Assembly (NCBI GenBank): GCA_964446595.1
Contig: CAYUPY010000003.1
Location: 1 to 55,801, forward strand
Source of the DNA: an uncultured Candidatus Saccharibacteria bacterium
GTDB taxonomy: Bacteria > Patescibacteriota > Dojkabacteria > J137 > JAEUSD01
DNA length: 55,801 nucleotides
Direction of reading: 5' to 3'
Position numbers and translations under genes: made by a program. The notes under the pieces are model-generated. The model ran no database searches, was not told the origin of the DNA, and saw only the letters and a program-made list of their open reading frames with translations. Positions 10,601 to 18,747 of the stretch are shown here, one piece after another. Positions within the stretch are counted from its first letter, which is position 1. Every line of letters starts with the position of its first letter.

Positions 10601-11762
10601 TAAGCTCATCGTTCGTGAATCTAACCTCATCAATTACTCCAGCAAAATCATCTGTGTTAGTATTGTTGTTTCCAAGGTTCATAGTCCCAAAATGTGGACC
10701 AGCACTACATCCATTTGTAGTGCCACCTACATGAAGTGTTCCATCTAAGTAGTTATTAAAATCTGCTTGCCCAAAACCCAGATGATTATACTGGGAGGCG
10801 ACTTGGTACCATTGGCCATTATTAAATGTTACACCTGTTATTTCATTTGTGGCTGAGCCAAAACACATTAATTCAAATCTAACTTCTCCGCTCACATACC
10901 TCACCCTTCCCCGGGTACCCTCTGCGTAAAATATCTCTCCTGATAGGGCGTTATTTGTGAGATTAAACCAGGCGGAGAAAGTGCCCGTCTCCTTTATAGT
11001 ATAAATTGTTGGGTTATTTGCACTAGGTAGGCCTTCAAAATCAAAGCTATTACCTAACACTCCGCCACTGGTCCAGCCGCTCGTATTTGCTAAAGTGGCA
11101 TCGTAGCCATTGGGCGAGCTATCAGCAACTGTTGTTCCGCTACCCTCTCCAAAGTGATAGACAAAATCATAGTTTGCCCACAGTGCAACAGGGTTCTGCA
11201 AGCTTGTCGCACTTGGATTCGAATAATACATAAACAAATCAGTATCCAAGCTAGCACTCAACGTTGGTATTTGTACCCAAGCTTGTAATTCACCGGTTGC
11301 AGGATTAAAGCTTTCAATTTCGTGTTCTAATCTGGTAGTTCCATCTGACAGCGTAAAAATAATATCATCGGCGTCTAACTGTGCTTCTCCGATTAAATCG
11401 GCCTCAGTAATATTAATCAACGCGGGAAAGTTCAGAAGATCAACCCCGCCAACTACCATACTGGGGTCAATCGTAATTGGTTTTCGATAGAGCCAATTAC
11501 TGTTATACCAGTTATCTTGCGCACCATCATCTGCCGGCAGTGACCAGCTTAAGCTAACTTCGGTATCTCCTGCTGTCAGGATTAAGCCCTGAGGATCTGA
11601 CGGTGTAGCAGCACTTACAGGTATAGCGTTATATTGACTTACCCCTAGCTGAATGACTACTATTGCTAAATAAAAACCAAAGAATACAAGTAGACCAAGC
11701 ACCCACCAATATTTTCCAAATAGCTTTTCAAATTTATCTGCTGTCATTTTGAGGACATACAT
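7641..11762 (-). CDS. giant modular surface protein (TM - split FN3 with nested DUF2341/LamG - 4 more FN3 - 4-Cys modules - S/T linker - DUF11-like - C-terminal TM)
   Basis: 1373 aa with an N-terminal TM helix. FN3 signatures recur (SL(S/T)WS.P...G..ITDY.(V/I)EY...GL..G.(S/D)Y(D/E)FR(V/I).AVN). DUF2341-like block WLYRKPITID...LFMYYSNP. LamG-like block ending DEVRFTNDELTADWI. S/T linker at aa 1059-1094. C-terminal TM helix plus KNRKNKDK tail. Confidence 0.8.
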   Translation of the reverse strand: MYVLKMTADKFEKLFGKYWWVLGLLVFFGFYLAIVVIQLGVSQYNAIPVSAATPSDPQGLILTAGDTEVSLSWSLPADDGAQDNWYNSNWLYRKPITIDPSMVVGGVDLLNFPALINITEADLIGEAQLDADDIIFTLSDGTTRLEHEIESFNPATGELQAWVQIPTLSASLDTDLFMYYSNPSATSLQNPVALWANYDFVYHFGEGSGTTVADSSPNGYDATLANTSGWTSGGVLGNSFDFEGLPSANNPTIYTIKETGTFSAWFNLTNNALSGEIFYAEGTRGRVRYVSGEVRFELMCFGSATNEITGVTFNNGQWYQVASQYNHLGFGQADFNNYLDGTLHVGGTTNGCSAGPHFGTMNLGNNNTNTDDFAGVIDEVRFTNDELTADWIATEYENMANNTTHISIGTEEQYESGVITDYVIEYRVVGAPSYTTFSDGVSAATTALVTGLANGTDYEFRVAAVNSTGTGAPTAAQQSTPSGTPLAASDLNAVAGAAEASLTWSAPNNNGNTITDYIVEYKETAQPTYSVFNDGVSAATGATITGLANGTSYDFRIAAVNAQGQGAYSNVDSATPVDVPLAIGDLGASGSDSEVDLSWSAPGNNGSAITDYIIEYKETAQPTYSIFADGTSASTAVTVTGLNNGVSYDFRVSAVNSVGQGPISNVASATPTPAATAPSAVQNLAGAVGEEQVVLTWNAPASDGGAAITDYVVSYRETGMPGYSSYADGVTSITGTTVTGLTAGTSYDFRVAAVNSVGTGPNTDITGFTPYRTLGSADIPGLTMACASAQINSTTTCSFNLATHILLPGDFQVSIGAGTPAGGCSRVGTTVTCNNIPTGVSVGSQAIYGWTASIQTNSGETVNITSVPGAVQNLNGTAGEQQVTLTWNAPATNGGLTITDYRVSYKEDSDSLYSVFADGVTATTGATVTGLVAGITYDFRVEAINANGAGPAADINGITPFRTLSTADIPGLTFSCNPAQINSTTTCTFSLPTHILLPGDFQISIGSAAAVGGCSRAGTTVTCASVPTGSSVGTHTIFAWTSSTQTNTGETVSITAVATSSSTSSATSSSATTTTSSSTSTTTSTISSTSSTTTDIPVSEERPQLDEDDIDRTQVSCGEVQQSGTTDCEVKMPPDVAPPVLGISIKVGENGGEKECVYNSETNSYNCYDVPVGDIIGSIPIFIRIGTGDLINTAARVIVRSVLAVIDFRDIKIQIITDDGEPAVNLLEEFIVKLEIQNNTDEIQTRLKLTQQLPSQIVVVDGSLTSLSQVLPADEIRVSTDNVLSTGEFNLAPGQVMGIEYRARVVNDDTLQLNLFAQLQSNVGIIRSETVELLVIRSSNRIWWLFVICLLLLIVGAGVAIYLYLKNRKNKDK
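8589..9734 (-). repeat. in-frame tandem duplication (about 190 aa x2: FN3 + 4-Cys module) inside the giant gene
   Basis: Unit A is aa 677-867 and unit B is aa 868-1058. Examples: RTLGSADIPGLTMACASAQINSTTTCSFNLATHILLPGDFQVSIG vs RTLSTADIPGLTFSCNPAQINSTTTCTFSLPTHILLPGDFQISIG. The DNA string ctgaaaatcacctggaagcaatatgtg occurs in both units. Confidence 0.8.
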
Positions 11763-11781
11763 TACTTTATCGAATTATGTA

Positions 11782-13446
11782 CTAGTTAAAATCAATTGTA
11801 TAGGCTAATTTATCAGAAAATCTACCGTTTGAATTGGTTACGACAACCTCAGCACAATTTGGATTCTTATAGTTATTTCTAAACACTGCAAAATCAGCAC
11901 TATCTAGTCGACAATTATTACCTGCCAAATCGAGTGTACAGTTAATATTATCCTGCAAATAATTCTGAGCAAAGACAGTGAAGTCACTAGTACTTACTGC
12001 ACCGTCTTGATCATAGTCTCCGAAACAAAAGTTATCTTGTACACTTTGACTTTCTATGATCTGAAAGTCAATTTCCAGTGGCACCCCAATATTTCCCTGC
12101 TCATCTTTGGGGACGATGCGCAGCGTATGGTTTCCGATTCTTAACTGAGAGAAGTTATAGATATTATCAGCTCCCCCATCCCCCCCGATGGCTAGTGGAG
12201 CATTACCTTCTGTACGAATGTACTGATCATTAAAATAAAAGTCCACTGCAGCTGCTTCTTGGGATAAACCTTCAGCCAAAATAGAAAGGTTGTTTCCAGT
12301 TTGAGTCAGATCTATGATATCGTCATTAACCAGTGTTTTTATATTAACCCCAGTCTCAATATTAACAAGCACTGCCCTGTCTACAGTTATATTGTCAGGC
12401 TCAACTGGCTGCGAAGTTGTCGTTGAGGTAGTTGTGCTTGGCTGGCTGCTGGAGCTACTTATCCCTGCAGGATAAGATCTAGTTACCTGAATTTCATCAA
12501 AATATACGTAGGTATCTGTTTGTGATGGATAGCTACCACCAAAGAATGTACTCATGAAGAGTTTATCGATAGATAAAGAATCAGTTTTTCTGAATTCATA
12601 GTCAGATTTGCTCTGTACCTTAGTTCCGTCCAACCATGTTTCTACAATTCCATTCCTCTTTCCTACATCGTTCATTTTAACTCTAAGAATTATTTGGTAC
12701 CAACGCTCTTTATTATATCTAAACCCATCCCAGCCGTCTGCTTGGCCATAATCACCAGGAGTGTTTGCGTGATAGACATATGTTGAAGCAACTCCTTGAT
12801 TAGTCAGTGCACATTCAAATCCGGGGTAGCACGCACACCCAGCACTACCCGAACTGCAGCTTATATCATGCCAATGCAACCTTACACTCCAACCATTGTA
12901 CCCATCAGTATCATTACCTCCTGAATTACATTCTCCCCCACACAAGCCATTTAATTTGCCGTTTGGAAACCAAGCAAACGTATTGTCAAACTTTATTTTA
13001 TAGCTAAAGTAGAGCTCATCATACTTTTTACCCAAACTATGCTTAAAATCTATCCCCCCACCTTGGGGTAGACGTTGATCCTTATTGTAGAACATCCTGA
13101 GCACTTTCCCTTGCGTAGAATCGTTTACAATACTCAACCACCCATTGTCCAAGCCTGGGCTAGCACTAGGCGAATCCCAATCATCGTTCCATTTGCTTCT
13201 AGTGTAAACTCCTGCTGAGTGGTGCTCAAAATTGTTAAAGTAGACTTTATCATCTTCGCAATCCGACTCACCTTGACAAACTCCAAGAATATCGGGATTG
13301 AACTCTGTATTTACAACGCTAAATTGAATGTAAGCAAAAGCTAGCAATAAAATCGACGCAAGTGTAAGTACGACAAATCTTAGCCTAGAGTAACTTTGCA
13401 TTTGTCCGTTTATAATAACTATAAATAATGGTTTCATCTTATCCAT
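11782..13446 (-). CDS. secreted/anchored PL14-like (concanavalin-fold polysaccharide lyase-like) protein with C-terminal dockerin-like module
   Basis: 554 aa with an N-terminal TM helix. The block GGGIDFKHSLGKKYDELYFSYKIKFD...NGKLNGLCGG...GWSVRLHW...WYQIILRVKMN...NGIVETWLDG...LFMSTFFGG resembles the Polysacc_lyase (PF14099/PL14-like) pattern. S/T linker, then a dockerin-like GDYDQDGAVSTSDFTVFAQNYL...LDSADFAVFRNNY. Confidence 0.65.
   Translation of the reverse strand: MDKMKPLFIVIINGQMQSYSRLRFVVLTLASILLLAFAYIQFSVVNTEFNPDILGVCQGESDCEDDKVYFNNFEHHSAGVYTRSKWNDDWDSPSASPGLDNGWLSIVNDSTQGKVLRMFYNKDQRLPQGGGIDFKHSLGKKYDELYFSYKIKFDNTFAWFPNGKLNGLCGGECNSGGNDTDGYNGWSVRLHWHDISCSSGSAGCACYPGFECALTNQGVASTYVYHANTPGDYGQADGWDGFRYNKERWYQIILRVKMNDVGKRNGIVETWLDGTKVQSKSDYEFRKTDSLSIDKLFMSTFFGGSYPSQTDTYVYFDEIQVTRSYPAGISSSSSQPSTTTSTTTSQPVEPDNITVDRAVLVNIETGVNIKTLVNDDIIDLTQTGNNLSILAEGLSQEAAAVDFYFNDQYIRTEGNAPLAIGGDGGADNIYNFSQLRIGNHTLRIVPKDEQGNIGVPLEIDFQIIESQSVQDNFCFGDYDQDGAVSTSDFTVFAQNYLQDNINCTLDLAGNNCRLDSADFAVFRNNYKNPNCAEVVVTNSNGRFSDKLAYTIDFN
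11854..12027 (-). other. dockerin-like module, copy 1
   Basis: FGDYDQDGAVSTSDFTVFAQNYLQDNINCTLDLAGNNCRLDSADFAVFRNNYKNPNC. A DxDxDGxxxxxD loop plus helix, then a Cys-bracketed second loop plus helix. Confidence 0.6.
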
Positions 13447-13469
13447 TCACAGAGGGAATAGCAAGTTAG

Positions 13470-15761
13470 TTAATAAAATTTTGCTGTATAGACTGAAGCT
13501 TTCCCGTCCTTATACCCTAGGTACCTCACGTTCCCGGTTTCCTGTGTGTATCGTACATCAATCAACAGTGTAGCGGAGGCCGTTGCAGGGATAGTGTAAC
13601 GTCTCCAGGTGGCGCCTTTATCATAACTCCGGTGCAGCGCTGCACCTTCAAATACTGTGATAATCCCTCTATCATCAATCACGATATGACCAGGGTACCT
13701 TCCTGGGTAACTTCCGGCATTCGTCCAGTTATTTCCGTTATAAGTGCGCCAGATTACTTCCCAGTCAGTGCTATCAATCGCAAGGGTGGCAAAAGGTTGG
13801 CCAGTTGGGTAAATACCTAGTCCCGTGTAATTATGCGCTCTTTTAGGCGTTAATGGATCGGTAAGCGCTACTTCTCCAGTTTTGTCGGTCATTGGTAGCT
13901 GGTTGTATGTCTGGCCTTTGGAGTTTTTCCAGGTTTGACCGCCGTCATCGGAACACGCATATAGCACATGTGTGATTGAGTTATTGTTACCACCATCACC
14001 ATCTTTTCCGAAAGCTTGAACACCGGTAGAAACATGCATACGATTGTGTTTATCAAAAATAACACGCGGCTTCATTGGCTGATACATGCGGGAATCTGGG
14101 GTTTTAGCTGACCAGAATAGAGTCGACATTTCATAAGCGTAGTCTCTACCACCTAACTCTACCCACGTTCCCTTCCCATTTGGACTGGCAACGTATTTAT
14201 TTACATCAGCTCCCATATTTTGAGGATTATCTCCTGCGTCGAATCGGACCCGTTCACGATGCGAGAGATAAAGTTCGCCATTACGATCCTTGGCAAAGAA
14301 AGGATATGAGACAAAGCAAGAAACAGGTGTTCTGCTGCCAGTTGTTTCTGGGATTGGGAAGTTTGCCCAGCAGCTCTTTTCTACTGTCCCACGAGGGCCT
14401 TCATCTCCTACGAACTCGAATTCTGTAATGTCGCGTGGACGCTTGGAGATCCAATACTGCCAAGGATAATCTTTATATTCGTATCCTGTCTGATCTTGCA
14501 ACAAGAATGGTGCATAATGAATATTTCCAATGTAGTGAATGTACCCATACTTATCTAGTGCTACAGAACCAATTGAATGGTAAAGGTTTTTTTCAGTTCT
14601 ATCGAGAATTGTATTTGTGGTAATGGTGCCATTTGGCGTCTTCTTCGCAATCTTGGTGTGGTAATTACTACCAACTTTCTCGATATAAATTGCATAAATT
14701 GTGCCATCTGTATCGGTAACTACTGGTGCGGCATAGTCGCCTTGAATAATATCGTCGGCTGGAAACTCCATCTCCTTAACAACATTAATTGACTCTGTAG
14801 GCGTAGGTTCGCTCACACACTCAGGACAGGCAACCACTACTCCACAAGCAGCCTGTGCAATTGTGCCACCTGACGAAGAACTACTTGCTGTCGAGCTTGA
14901 GCTAGGTGAAGAACTTGAGGAAGAGGCCACTGGAACTTCCCAGTCAGGGTTAATGACTAAACTATCAGATTTATAAAGCCGTGCAAACTCTGCTAAGTCT
15001 GCGGCATCTAGCCGACAATTATTTCCTATTAAATCCAGGGTACAATTAATATTACTGGCAAGATAGTTTTGGGCAAAAAGACTCAAATCCGATACGTCTA
15101 CTGCACTATCATTGTCATAGTCACCCCAATAGCGGAAGCTGTAGCTTTGCTCTAGAAGTTCAAATTCTATTGCATCGAAGTCTACATAACCACCGAGTGG
15201 TTCAATACTGAGAACTTGCTCGCCTGAGGACAAATTTATTTCCTGCAGTGCTGCTACCCCTGGTGTGTTCCAATTTGCTACTTGCGGTACGGGTATAGTT
15301 GTAACTGAGGAGCCGTTAATGAGAAAGTTTATTTGCCTACCAGCATCAGCACTATAAGTGTGTAACCTGATACCATATCTACCTTTTACAGGAACATTAA
15401 TAGTATATCTTAGACTCTCACCGGGAAGAAACAGTCCCACAACATGATTCCCAGACTGCGTCGGATGAAGTTTAATATCTACATCTGTATTCTCATCACT
15501 ACGATAAGTAGAATCTAAGCCGTTTCCTGGGGTGTCATCTATATAAGCCCTGCCGTTTACACCGCGATTAAAGTTCTCTGACTCTAGCTGTCCCGCATTG
15601 ACGTTAAAAGGAGTGGAATTAAACGGAGTTCCGGCATCAATTATACCTAGTACTGCCCCTTGATTTACTTGCAAGACGAAAAACAACAGTGTTAGTACTG
15701 CAATTAAAAACAGTAATAATTTTGCTAGTATTAATAATCTTTCCCTTTTGCTAGCGGGCAT
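13470..15761 (-). CDS. anchored CBM6-like + internal dockerin-like + BNR/Asp-box beta-propeller protein (putative glycosidase/lyase)
   Basis: Start at ATG 15761 (MPASKRERLLILAKLLLF..., TM helix), just after the upstream ORF stop; the track ORF extends to 15824. CBM6/35-like ESENFNRG...GRYGIRLHTYSA...VDFDAIEF. Asp-box motifs SDDGGQTW and YDKGATW in the C-terminal half. Possibly BNR_4/GH145-PL42-like, which is a weak call. Confidence 0.65.
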   Translation of the reverse strand: MPASKRERLLILAKLLLFLIAVLTLLFFVLQVNQGAVLGIIDAGTPFNSTPFNVNAGQLESENFNRGVNGRAYIDDTPGNGLDSTYRSDENTDVDIKLHPTQSGNHVVGLFLPGESLRYTINVPVKGRYGIRLHTYSADAGRQINFLINGSSVTTIPVPQVANWNTPGVAALQEINLSSGEQVLSIEPLGGYVDFDAIEFELLEQSYSFRYWGDYDNDSAVDVSDLSLFAQNYLASNINCTLDLIGNNCRLDAADLAEFARLYKSDSLVINPDWEVPVASSSSSSPSSSSTASSSSSGGTIAQAACGVVVACPECVSEPTPTESINVVKEMEFPADDIIQGDYAAPVVTDTDGTIYAIYIEKVGSNYHTKIAKKTPNGTITTNTILDRTEKNLYHSIGSVALDKYGYIHYIGNIHYAPFLLQDQTGYEYKDYPWQYWISKRPRDITEFEFVGDEGPRGTVEKSCWANFPIPETTGSRTPVSCFVSYPFFAKDRNGELYLSHRERVRFDAGDNPQNMGADVNKYVASPNGKGTWVELGGRDYAYEMSTLFWSAKTPDSRMYQPMKPRVIFDKHNRMHVSTGVQAFGKDGDGGNNNSITHVLYACSDDGGQTWKNSKGQTYNQLPMTDKTGEVALTDPLTPKRAHNYTGLGIYPTGQPFATLAIDSTDWEVIWRTYNGNNWTNAGSYPGRYPGHIVIDDRGIITVFEGAALHRSYDKGATWRRYTIPATASATLLIDVRYTQETGNVRYLGYKDGKASVYTAKFY
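14964..15128 (-). other. dockerin-like module, copy 2 (internal position)
   Basis: WGDYDNDSAVDVSDLSLFAQNYLASNINCTLDLIGNNCRLDAADLAEFARLYKSD, located between the CBM6-like domain and the S-rich linker. Confidence 0.6.
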
Positions 15762-15768
15762 AAATAAG

Positions 15769-16059
15769 CTATAAAATTTCTTGGAGCGCTTCAAACCATT
15801 TCTGTGCCATTTTGTTTTCCCCACTTACATTTGGGTGCTCTCCGTCACGTAAGTCTGTTGAAGAATTAAACCCTGTATATTGATCGACTAATATCACTGG
15901 CGATATTGCTGTATTAATTTCAGCGATCATAGCCGGAATGGCGTTATTAAAGGGTTCAATCGCCTCTTCTCCACTCTTATTATGAGGGATAATCTGTGCG
16001 ATTAAAAGTACTATTTGAGGATTTTTTGCTCTTAATTCAGAGATAATGCTTTTAAGCAA
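15769..16059 (-). pseudogene. remnant of an SGNH/GDSL hydrolase (C-terminal third only)
   Basis: The 96-aa ORF begins right after an in-frame TAA, with only a TTG start. It contains SGNH block V (DGEHPNVSGENKMAQKW) and the preceding VLLIAQIIP strand. The GDS(L) block I and GxND block III are absent, and only 43 nt separate it from the upstream gene. Confidence 0.55.
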
Positions 16060-16102
16060 TTAAATGGCCTAGTCAAAAGACCCAGCCATGCCGGGACATA
16101 AG

Positions 16103-18730
16103 TTAGTTACAATAACCAGCTTTTTTGTATGCAGCTGAGAATACGGATAGATCGTTTGCATCTAGACGACAGTCTCCTCCGGATAAGTCCAGTCCACAGT
16201 TGATATCACTTCGGAGGTAGTTCTGTGCAAATACAGATAAATCTCCAGCATCTACCTGGCTATCACCAGTATAATCTGCTGCACATGCTGTCACCTCTGA
16301 ATCTTGGATAGCTAAGTCTAAATAGTCAAAGTCCGCGTAATTACCGCCAGCCATCTCAACTCTTATTATGTTCTCGCCTTCTTCTAGACTGATATTAACT
16401 GGTTCGGAAAAAGCTATCTCCTCCCAAGAACCTACTTGTGGTACATTCACGGTAGCTTCTAGCTGGTTGTCAACATAAATTCTTAATTGCCGACCAGCGT
16501 AAATGCTCCTTACTTGAGCTATTAGCTCATAATCCGCAGTCAGATTTGCTTCCACTGTATAGTGTAGCCATTCTCCTTGCTCAAATAGACCGATCACGTA
16601 TCCGGTACCATTAGCGTTTCGCTTCATATCTACATCTCCTCCTCTGTATGTGACTGTGGCGTCTAGTCCATTCCCTGCACTCTTATCATAATATGCACCG
16701 CCATTACTTCCTTCATTAAAATTCTCTGCCTCTAATCTACCAGGGGCACTAACTCCGCCGCCGTATGCCGTACCTGGGTTTCCAATTGTCGATGTGCTAC
16801 TGCTACTTTGAGAGGTAGAGACTGAGCTACTACTCGTCTGCTGCTGACCGCTAGAATTGATTGTCACTATCAAAGCATCATTCGTACCAGATGCAAGATT
16901 GAAACTACCGTTTACAACATTTCCTCCTGGCAGTGTAACTCGCACATCGTAGTCACCGTGAAAGCCACGGAAGTTGGCAACGCCACTAGCGTTGGTTGTG
17001 GCCGTCACCTCAGTGCTCCATTCATCACGCAATGCCTGATAGCGACGGCCAGCAGCGTTAACTGTCCAGTTTTGTTCAACAATTGCGGCATCATCGCGCC
17101 AGTGCTGCCCATCCCAGAATCCCCACATTAAAATACCGCCAACGTTACGGTGGCTAAACGCAGTACGATAAAGATTTTCTAGGCTATCTGCAGCTTCATT
17201 TTTATTTTGGTAATCTTGGTCAAACTCTGTCACCCAAATTGGAGTGTTGCCAAGCTCCTGAGTTAGTCGTTCGAAGCGATAGTAGACATCATTAGGATTA
17301 ATTGGCTTATTGGCTTCAAAGTGACCCTGCACACCAAGTAAGTCTACCTGTCCACCTGCGGCTCTTAAGTTTTTTACTAACTGAATATATGCATCTAATC
17401 TATCACCTCCACTATACGATCTAGGAGAAATTACATGATAGTCGTTCACAGTTGCCTTCACATCAGGATCAAGCTGCTTCACACGCTTGTGCATCCTAGC
17501 GGTCATTGGAATACCGTAGAAGTTACCATGCGTCATTTCATTATTAATATCCCAATGCTCTAAATAGTCCGCATAGCGAGGAACAACAGCATTAATATGC
17601 TCCATTACCTCAGCTTCTAATTCTGAATTTCCTCCATCTTTTTCTTGTTGGCTAGTTCTATCTGACAAGGCATGTACCCATGGAGGATCAAAATCACGGT
17701 AGGTAACTCCCCAGACTAGTGAGTGTCCGCGCATCCTTAAACCATTCTTGCGTGAAAAATCAACCAAATTATCTGCTCTTTCAAAGTCCACTCTATCACG
17801 AGAGTACTCAAAAGCAGGCCATTTGTGTCTACTTTCGGCCACTGTCCAATTAAAGTTCTCCACCACAAAACGCTCATAAGTATTAAGCGAAGAAGGTGTA
17901 CCGTTCTTCCAATCTTGAATTTGATTAATATTTATCGCAGTACCAAAAGCGAACTCGTTATTTGTCTGCGTAATTGCCACGTTTGCACCCGAAATAGGAT
18001 TACCGCTTCCACTCACTACTCTGACTTGCAGGTCTCGTTTCCGAATTTGTTCTATTCTGGCGTTTGCATCCGCTTTCCAGTCGCCAGTACCACCACCTAA
18101 TTTATACATCACCACGTCATCTACATAAAAATCGCCGGTGGATGTACCTGAGCTTTCAATATAAAGTCTCATCCCACTTAAACTACCCGACTGCTGGTGA
18201 TTATAAGTGCCTTTTAGTTGCACCCAACTTCCTGAACCTACAGTCTCGGTGTCAATCCCAACATAGCTTGTAGAACTATCGTTTCTTCGCATTGTCAGCT
18301 TCAGGCTTTGGCTACCGGAGGCAGATCGTACGTAAGCATAAACCTCGTAAATACCTCCCTGTTGAAAGCTGGAGGTAGGAAGGTTTTGACCTGGACCATG
18401 GTAGGTCTCAGATCTGTTAGATACTAGTAGTGATTGACAACCAGAATTCTTTTGATTGGAAACTGCTGTAATTGTACCGCCACCTGATGTCCACCCAACA
18501 ATTCCATCCTCAAAACTAGAGTTTTGCACAAAATTCCCATTTACGTCTTCATGTTGAGAAGCACAACCAAGCACATCTGAATCATTAACGGGGGATGGGT
18601 TGGAAAAGTTGCCATTAATCCACCAGGAAACTAATATTAGTAAACCAATAGATGCTAATAGTAGTGGTATTTGTAAATACTTGGGTAGGTTAATGTACAA
18701 TTTTTCTTTCACTATACAAGGATAAAGCAA
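16103..18730 (-). CDS. modular GH10 endo-beta-1,4-xylanase (CBM4_9/22-like + GH10 + Ig-like + CBM6-like + dockerin-like)
   Basis: 875 aa with an N-terminal TM helix. CBM4_9 pattern NSSFEDGIVGW...FYVDDVVM. GH10 pattern FAFGTAI...ENFNWTVAESRHKW...RMRGHSLVWG...WDINNEM (acid/base Glu) ...LLGVQGHF...IWVTEFD (nucleophile Glu). CBM6-like RLEAENFNEG...ADFDYLDL. The start codon is uncertain (TTG 18730 or GTG 18712). Confidence 0.85.
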   Translation of the reverse strand: MLYPCIVKEKLYINLPKYLQIPLLLASIGLLILVSWWINGNFSNPSPVNDSDVLGCASQHEDVNGNFVQNSSFEDGIVGWTSGGGTITAVSNQKNSGCQSLLVSNRSETYHGPGQNLPTSSFQQGGIYEVYAYVRSASGSQSLKLTMRRNDSSTSYVGIDTETVGSGSWVQLKGTYNHQQSGSLSGMRLYIESSGTSTGDFYVDDVVMYKLGGGTGDWKADANARIEQIRKRDLQVRVVSGSGNPISGANVAITQTNNEFAFGTAININQIQDWKNGTPSSLNTYERFVVENFNWTVAESRHKWPAFEYSRDRVDFERADNLVDFSRKNGLRMRGHSLVWGVTYRDFDPPWVHALSDRTSQQEKDGGNSELEAEVMEHINAVVPRYADYLEHWDINNEMTHGNFYGIPMTARMHKRVKQLDPDVKATVNDYHVISPRSYSGGDRLDAYIQLVKNLRAAGGQVDLLGVQGHFEANKPINPNDVYYRFERLTQELGNTPIWVTEFDQDYQNKNEAADSLENLYRTAFSHRNVGGILMWGFWDGQHWRDDAAIVEQNWTVNAAGRRYQALRDEWSTEVTATTNASGVANFRGFHGDYDVRVTLPGGNVVNGSFNLASGTNDALIVTINSSGQQQTSSSSVSTSQSSSSTSTIGNPGTAYGGGVSAPGRLEAENFNEGSNGGAYYDKSAGNGLDATVTYRGGDVDMKRNANGTGYVIGLFEQGEWLHYTVEANLTADYELIAQVRSIYAGRQLRIYVDNQLEATVNVPQVGSWEEIAFSEPVNISLEEGENIIRVEMAGGNYADFDYLDLAIQDSEVTACAADYTGDSQVDAGDLSVFAQNYLRSDINCGLDLSGGDCRLDANDLSVFSAAYKKAGYCN
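16106..16285 (-). other. dockerin-like module, copy 3
   Basis: CAADYTGDSQVDAGDLSVFAQNYLRSDINCGLDLSGGDCRLDANDLSVFSAAYKKAGYCN at the C-terminus of the GH10 protein. Confidence 0.6.
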
Positions 18731-18747
18731 ACAAAAAGTAAAGACAA

